Positions 59,114 to 64,000 of a stretch of 64,000 bases of DNA are shown piece after piece. The notes beneath the pieces are model-generated. The model was not told the origin of the DNA, made no database searches, and worked only from the letters and a program-made list of their open reading frames with translations. The position numbers and the translations under genes are program-made. Source of the DNA: Candidatus Hydrogenedentota bacterium. GTDB taxonomy: Bacteria; Hydrogenedentota; Hydrogenedentia; Hydrogenedentales; SLHB01. Position 1 is the stretch's first letter. The number at the start of each line of letters is the position of its first letter. The stretch spans positions 1,280,001-1,344,000 of the forward strand of contig CAXXTH010000017.1 in NCBI GenBank assembly GCA_963668025.2, in the 5' to 3' direction.

Positions 59114-59860
59114 CTAGTCCATGACGAATCCGCCGTTAACATCCAGGATCTCCCCCGTAATGTAGCGGGCTTTACCGGAAGCCAGGAATGCCACCGCATC
59201 GGCCACATCCTGCGGCTGGCCATATTCTTTCCACGGTATGGCGGCGGCCAAATCCGTGTTCAACTCTTCACCCCAAGCCTTTGTCAGATCCGTCACGGTA
59301 GGGCCAGGCGAGACGGCGTTGACATTGATCTTGTATTGGGCGGCGTAGCGGGCCAATGATTTCGTCAGGCAGATCACCCCTGCCTTCGATGCCGCGTAAT
59401 GCACGCCCGCCATTGTGCCGCCCGTTTTGCCCGCAGTGGACGCGATGTTGATGATCTTTCCGCTGCCTTGCTTTTGCATAATGCGCAATGCCTCGCGGCA
59501 CATGAGAAACGTACCGCGCAGGTTGACGGCCATGATGCCATCCCATTCCGCCGCGCTCGTTTCTAGAAGAGGAGTCGCCTTGAATACGCCCGCGTTGTTG
59601 GCTACGATATCAATCTTTCCAAATCTCTCCATCGTGGCGGCAAAAAGCTGTTTGATGGAATCTTCAGAGGACACATCCGTCCGCACCGGCAGCGCCGCGC
59701 CAGGCGGCATTTCGTTTGCCGCCTTTTCCGCGTCCGCCATGTTGATATCGGCGATGACGATGTTCGCTCCTCCTTGAGAAAGGGTTAAGGCTATTGCGCG
59801 GCCAATGCCGCATGCGCCGCCGGTGACAATGGCTACGCGCCCATTAAAATCATATTGCAT
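59114..59860 (-). CDS. SDR family NAD(P)-dependent oxidoreductase
   Basis: TGGACGIG, NNAG, YAASK, VNGG. Confidence 0.95.
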   Translation of the reverse strand: MQYDFNGRVAIVTGGACGIGRAIALTLSQGGANIVIADINMADAEKAANEMPPGAALPVRTDVSSEDSIKQLFAATMERFGKIDIVANNAGVFKATPLLETSAAEWDGIMAVNLRGTFLMCREALRIMQKQGSGKIINIASTAGKTGGTMAGVHYAASKAGVICLTKSLARYAAQYKINVNAVSPGPTVTDLTKAWGEELNTDLAAAIPWKEYGQPQDVADAVAFLASGKARYITGEILDVNGGFVMD

Positions 59861-59930
59861 GGCAGGATTCCTTATTCTCCCGAAGCCGTTGCTTCATACA
59901 AGCATTTACAGCTTACGGAATAGTTTTCTA

Positions 59931-61415
59931 TCAATCATTTTCTTTCCAGAACCGTTCCGTGATGATTTTGTCTTCCGTGAAGAAATTGACGATAGCCTTT
60001 CCCTGCGCCTTGATATCCGCCCATTGGGACGATTTCATGCCGCCAAAGGGCAGATACGCAACCGGTGCGGGAATGCCTACATTGACGCCAATCATCCCTA
60101 CTCTTGTTTCGAGTTTGAACTTCCGCGCCCAATATCCGTTCTGGGTGTAGATGGATGCGCCATTGCCATATTGGTGGTCGTTGATGATTTTGATGGCTTC
60201 GTCAAGCGTGTCCGCCTTGAGTATTACGACCACCGGACCAAATATCTCGGTGCTGTGAATTTTCATGCCCGGTTTCACATCCGTAAAAACCGTCGGTCCG
60301 ACGAAATGCCCATTTTCACACCCAGGAACCTCCAGTCCCCGCCCGTCCAAGGCTAGCACCGCGCCTTCCTCAACGCCCGTGGCGATCATGTCCTGAATGA
60401 ACTGTTTCGCCTTATCGGAAATCACGGGCCCCATCACCACCTGCTCGTTCGCGACAGCAGGATCGAGAGGATTCGCGACGATCACATGCCTGGACGCTTC
60501 AATGATCTCGGAGCATATTGTCTCGTATGTGGCATCGCCCACGCAGACTATCGCGGACGCCGCCATGCAGCGCTGGCCCGCGCATCCGTAGCACGAAGAC
60601 ACCATATTACGGATGACCTCGTTGACACGGGCGTCCGGCATGACGACGAGATGATTTTTCGCTCCACCCATCGCCTGGAAACGTTTGTTATGCGAGGCGC
60701 ATCTTTCCGCGATTTGCTTGCAGACTGGCGTGGAGCCTACAAACGACACGCCTTGCACGAATGGATGGTCCATGATGGCGTTCGCCACTTCCTTGTCTCC
60801 ATTCACCAAATTGAAAACGCCAGGAGGAAGCCCGATCTGGTCAATGAATTCCGTGATGAGCTGCATTGTACAGGGCACTTGTTTGCTCACTTTAACGACA
60901 TAGGTGTTGCCGGTAGCGATGGCGTATGGGAGAAACCAAAACGGGACCATGGCAGGGAAATTGAACGGGGCTATCATTCCGAATACCCCCATGGGAAGCC
61001 GGAGCACTTCACCGTCAATGTCAAAGGACGACCCGATGAGCTTTTCGCCTTGCTGAAGCACGGGCATACCGCAGGCCACTTCAATGTTCTCGAATACCCG
61101 CTTCAATTCGGCGATGGCGTCCGGTATCGATTTCCCCATCTCGGCGACCAGCGTGCGGGCGATGACGATTTCATTCTTTCTCAGCACCGCCAAAAGCTCA
61201 AACAAGTAATGCACCCGCCGGGCTACGGGCACATCCTTCCATGTCTGAAAAGCGTTATGCGCCGCTTCAATGGCGAGATTCGTTTCCTCGGCCGTGGAAA
61301 GCGGAAGCCTGGCGATAATCTCGCCCGTGCTGGGATTCTCGACATCCACGAAGCCGGTGTTCCGAGGCTCCGGCCAGCGCCCATTCACATAATTGCGTAT
61401 TAATCTCAGCGTCAT
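59931..61415 (-). CDS. mmsA: CoA-acylating (methyl)malonate-semialdehyde dehydrogenase (MmsA/IolA family)
   Basis: PFNFPAMVP.W, SFVGST, GGAKNH, AGQRCMA, EIFGPV, YGNG, GVNVGIPAP. Confidence 0.9.
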   Translation of the reverse strand: MTLRLIRNYVNGRWPEPRNTGFVDVENPSTGEIIARLPLSTAEETNLAIEAAHNAFQTWKDVPVARRVHYLFELLAVLRKNEIVIARTLVAEMGKSIPDAIAELKRVFENIEVACGMPVLQQGEKLIGSSFDIDGEVLRLPMGVFGMIAPFNFPAMVPFWFLPYAIATGNTYVVKVSKQVPCTMQLITEFIDQIGLPPGVFNLVNGDKEVANAIMDHPFVQGVSFVGSTPVCKQIAERCASHNKRFQAMGGAKNHLVVMPDARVNEVIRNMVSSCYGCAGQRCMAASAIVCVGDATYETICSEIIEASRHVIVANPLDPAVANEQVVMGPVISDKAKQFIQDMIATGVEEGAVLALDGRGLEVPGCENGHFVGPTVFTDVKPGMKIHSTEIFGPVVVILKADTLDEAIKIINDHQYGNGASIYTQNGYWARKFKLETRVGMIGVNVGIPAPVAYLPFGGMKSSQWADIKAQGKAIVNFFTEDKIITERFWKEND

Positions 61416-61914
61416 TTATGCCATCTCCTTTTACTGTTTATGGCTAGTACTGCAACACACAGGCGCGCCATAAATATGAACTCCCCCTGCACAATCTGGG
61501 AGGAAAAAACAGGCATGCAACTGGATGCGCGCAAGATACCCCTTGCGCGGCGGTTCATTGCCGCGCGCCAGGCTTGCGTTGAATGAATACAGCTATCCCG
61601 TTAAGCCCTGTGGCATTACTGTGATGTCGTGGAGCTTAGCTATGACGTTATATGGATGAATGAGTGCGGCGGATGTAAATGAACAGGCCCCTCCCGCTCC
61701 ATTCGAGCGCAGTGCGCCCGCAATGAAAACTTGGGCTAATATGTAATTCTATTAAAACAATATACACATACTCTTTGCACAAATAATGCAAGAATAATAT
61801 ATATAGTTAATATATGTAAAAGGGCAACCCTCTCCTTCACGCGCGCCTGGAATGCCTTTTATGCATCAAGCATAGCGTGCGGCTTGCCTTCTCCTCCACG
61901 CGCAGGGAGCTTTC

Positions 61915-62739
61915 TTATATATCGGAAATAGCCTGCCCATCCGTTCCGGATATCGGCGAAGCGATTTTAACGTCGATTCCTAGGAAATCCCGGAAGGTCT
62001 GCAAGTGCTGGGGTTTGATCTGGGAATCCGTAATGAGCCCGCAGCTATCTTTCAGGTTGCCAAACCGGATCAAGGCGCTCTGGCCAATCTTCGAGCTGTC
62101 GGAGAGGGTGTACGAACGCACCGCCTTTTTGCACATCTTCTGGCTGATCCGCGCCGTTTCAACGCTGGCGTTATATATATATCCGTCCAGGTCGATCCCG
62201 TCTGCGCCTTGGAATGCAAAATCCGCGGAGAACAAGTCTAGCATGTCTTCCGTAAAGCCGCCGCTCAAATCCGGGCGTCCCCGCCGCAGAGTGCCGCCAA
62301 GCAGAATGGTCTCGATGGATTCCGCGTATTGAAGGGCCGCGGCGACGGCAAGGCTTGTGGTGATGACGACCAGATTAGGAATATCCCGAATGCAGAATAC
62401 AAACTCCAGCGTGGTGGACCCCGCGTCCACAAACAGGCGGCTGCCCGGCTCGACCAGCCGCGCCGCCAGAGTCGCAATGGCCCGTTTTTGATCACGGCGG
62501 TTCTGGCGGCGCTGGGAGAAATTCAAGTCAAATGAAAGCCGCTCTGTCGCCACCACGGATCCATGCATGCGCTGGACAAATCCAGCCCGTTCCAATTCGG
62601 CCACATCACGCCGAATGGTCATTTCGCTTACAGAGAGATTCTTCGCTAATTCTGCTATGGAGACCGAGTCTCTATTGCTCAGCATAGCCCGAATCTGCCC
62701 CATGCGTTCGTTTGGATTCATTCCTTCTGGCATGTTCAT
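61915..62739 (-). CDS. DeoR/GlpR family regulator, paralogue of 45016-45846
   Basis: Identical VSEMTIRRDVAELERAGFVQR and other long identical blocks. Confidence 0.95.
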   Translation of the reverse strand: MNMPEGMNPNERMGQIRAMLSNRDSVSIAELAKNLSVSEMTIRRDVAELERAGFVQRMHGSVVATERLSFDLNFSQRRQNRRDQKRAIATLAARLVEPGSRLFVDAGSTTLEFVFCIRDIPNLVVITTSLAVAAALQYAESIETILLGGTLRRGRPDLSGGFTEDMLDLFSADFAFQGADGIDLDGYIYNASVETARISQKMCKKAVRSYTLSDSSKIGQSALIRFGNLKDSCGLITDSQIKPQHLQTFRDFLGIDVKIASPISGTDGQAISDI

Positions 62740-62770
62740 TCCTTCTTTATTTTAAGTCCTAACGATTAAA

Positions 62771-62800
62771 AAGTTACCACATAATCACACATTTTGTCAA
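62771..62800 (-). promoter_or_regulatory. Sigma70-like promoter of DeoR copy 2
   Basis: TTGACA, 18-bp spacer, TAACTT with an extended TG. Confidence 0.55.
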
Positions 62801-63606
62801 GCGCAAAATACGCCAGCGCGCGGTATATTTTGCGATTTGCTCCTGCAAAAACGTATTGGGCGCGAAGCAGCCTCATCCGTCTGGATGCTCCTCTTTTCGT
62901 TGCTGTTACGGCAGCCAGCCGCCGCGTTTCCATATATAGGGCCCCGCCCTCTATTTCCGTACAATTCCGGGATGTGCGGCATGCCATGCGCCGGCCGGGG
63001 TCTTTTGTTCTATGTGATTTGTTCTCACCGGTTTGCTTGGAACAATGCATTCATTGCAACATGCCTGATTGCAATTGGAATACATGGCGAGGCCGCCATC
63101 CCTGCAATCGGCGGGAGGCAATATTTCTAGATTTATGGATTGTTTCCATGGGAAATATCTATTTGCACATGTGCATGTTAATAGAATCCTCGAGCCGCAG
63201 CCTTTGCGGTGATTCGATTGGTATAGAGTATTCTAGGTTTGATAACAATACATATTCAAATTCTGATGAAGCAGTGTAATTGCGTTGGGGCATTCTCACA
63301 TATTTTTGTACGCATTATTTCAATGTGCTCCGATTCGCCGGTCCGAGCAGGGGTGGTCTGCTTAATGGAAAGCGCCAAACAGGAGGTGAGTGTAGCATGC
63401 CGCCATTTAGATGGCAGTTTCATAGGAAACCCCATGCAAAATAAAAGGAATATAATCCGGCTCATAAGGCTGTTAAATTTAGATAAATTGCGGGCAGTAT
63501 AAACAGCTTTATTCCCGGCTTGGGGTTCGGCAGGCTTATTATTCCATTCAAATCGGTAGATGGCGGCCATGAGCCACCATATCGACTTCACGATTCCTTA
63601 ATGAGT

Positions 63607-63640
63607 GCGGCCTTGCGGTGCTTTGTCACCGCAAGGCCGC
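63607..63640 (-). terminator. Hairpin after the gene ending at 63662
   Basis: Perfect 14-bp stem GCGGCCTTGCGGTG/CACCGCAAGGCCGC; weak U-tract. Confidence 0.6.
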
Positions 63641-63661
63641 TGAATCGATTAGCCAGCCCTT

Positions 63662-64000
63662 CTAGTCTAGGATGCGAACGAAATCAACGTAAGTGGTTCC
63701 GGAGAGCGTGCCTCCGCCCCATAACCTGCCGACATCCACGCGTATCTGTTTGACCGTGCCGGTCCATTCATCATCATCCCATAGATCGAAAATGTGCAAT
63801 ACATAGTCATTGGAATACGTCGATTGCCCCAGATGGATCGCTTTATCTTCATCCCATGTGGTGTCATCTTCGCGTATCCAATACAGGTCGATGCCGTTGG
63901 CATTGGAATAATTCTTGAGCACCACGGCGACTCTTCTCACATACTTGGTGTCTATTCCCAACGATGTGGGGCTTACCATATAGGCCGAGTTCGGACCCAT
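63662..64000 (-). CDS. 3' end of a paralogue of the 37907-39730 glycoside hydrolase (C-terminal beta-domain)
   Basis: IDTKYVR...ANGIDLYWI...DTTWDE.K.IHL...FDLWD..EW.G...GRLWGGG.LSGTTY shared with the paralogue; gene continues beyond the window. Confidence 0.85.
   Translation of the reverse strand: MGPNSAYMVSPTSLGIDTKYVRRVAVVLKNYSNANGIDLYWIREDDTTWDEDKAIHLGQSTYSNDYVLHIFDLWDDDEWTGTVKQIRVDVGRLWGGGTLSGTTYVDFVRILD

Noticed and set aside
57579-61415. Sulfoquinovose transaldolase pathway
   Set aside because: No GH31 sulfoquinovosidase or SQ isomerase was recognised, and the aldehyde dehydrogenase is the CoA-acylating MmsA type.
63256-63591. 111-aa ORF
   Set aside because: No clear RBS, atypical composition and no recognisable motif.

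Overview
A roughly 60%-GC bacterial chromosome segment. The DUF1559/prepilin protein style suggests Candidatus Hydrogenedentes or a similar PVC-like lineage (inference only). Left to right: (1) an AT-rich HEPN + P-loop ATPase gene pair running off the window edge, with the ATPase missing from the ORF track; (2) a YugP-like peptidase, a GH36 alpha-galactosidase, an Rrf2-hcp operon and an oppABCD transporter; (3) a small accessory patch containing an IS with intact TIRs and target duplication; (4) a Wzx/Wzy-type polysaccharide locus with three single-base homopolymer frameshifts, interrupted between two GT4 genes by a 3.6-kb block of unrelated cargo genes (TIR-domain, DinB, HEXXH, secreted protein); (5) ftsK, a rodZ-like gene, a truncated paralogue remnant, an IS4-family element and tRNA-Ala(GGC); (6) about 31 kb of glycan and amino-sugar catabolism genes with two near-twin DeoR regulators. 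The most unusual signal is a family of about 30-bp arms, each built from three imperfect 8-10-nt sub-repeats. They occur as inverted pairs, often abut a (T)CCGG core, and bracket both cargo genes and empty 145-330-bp units, with no cognate recombinase in the window. All calls come from reading motifs by eye; no database searches were run.
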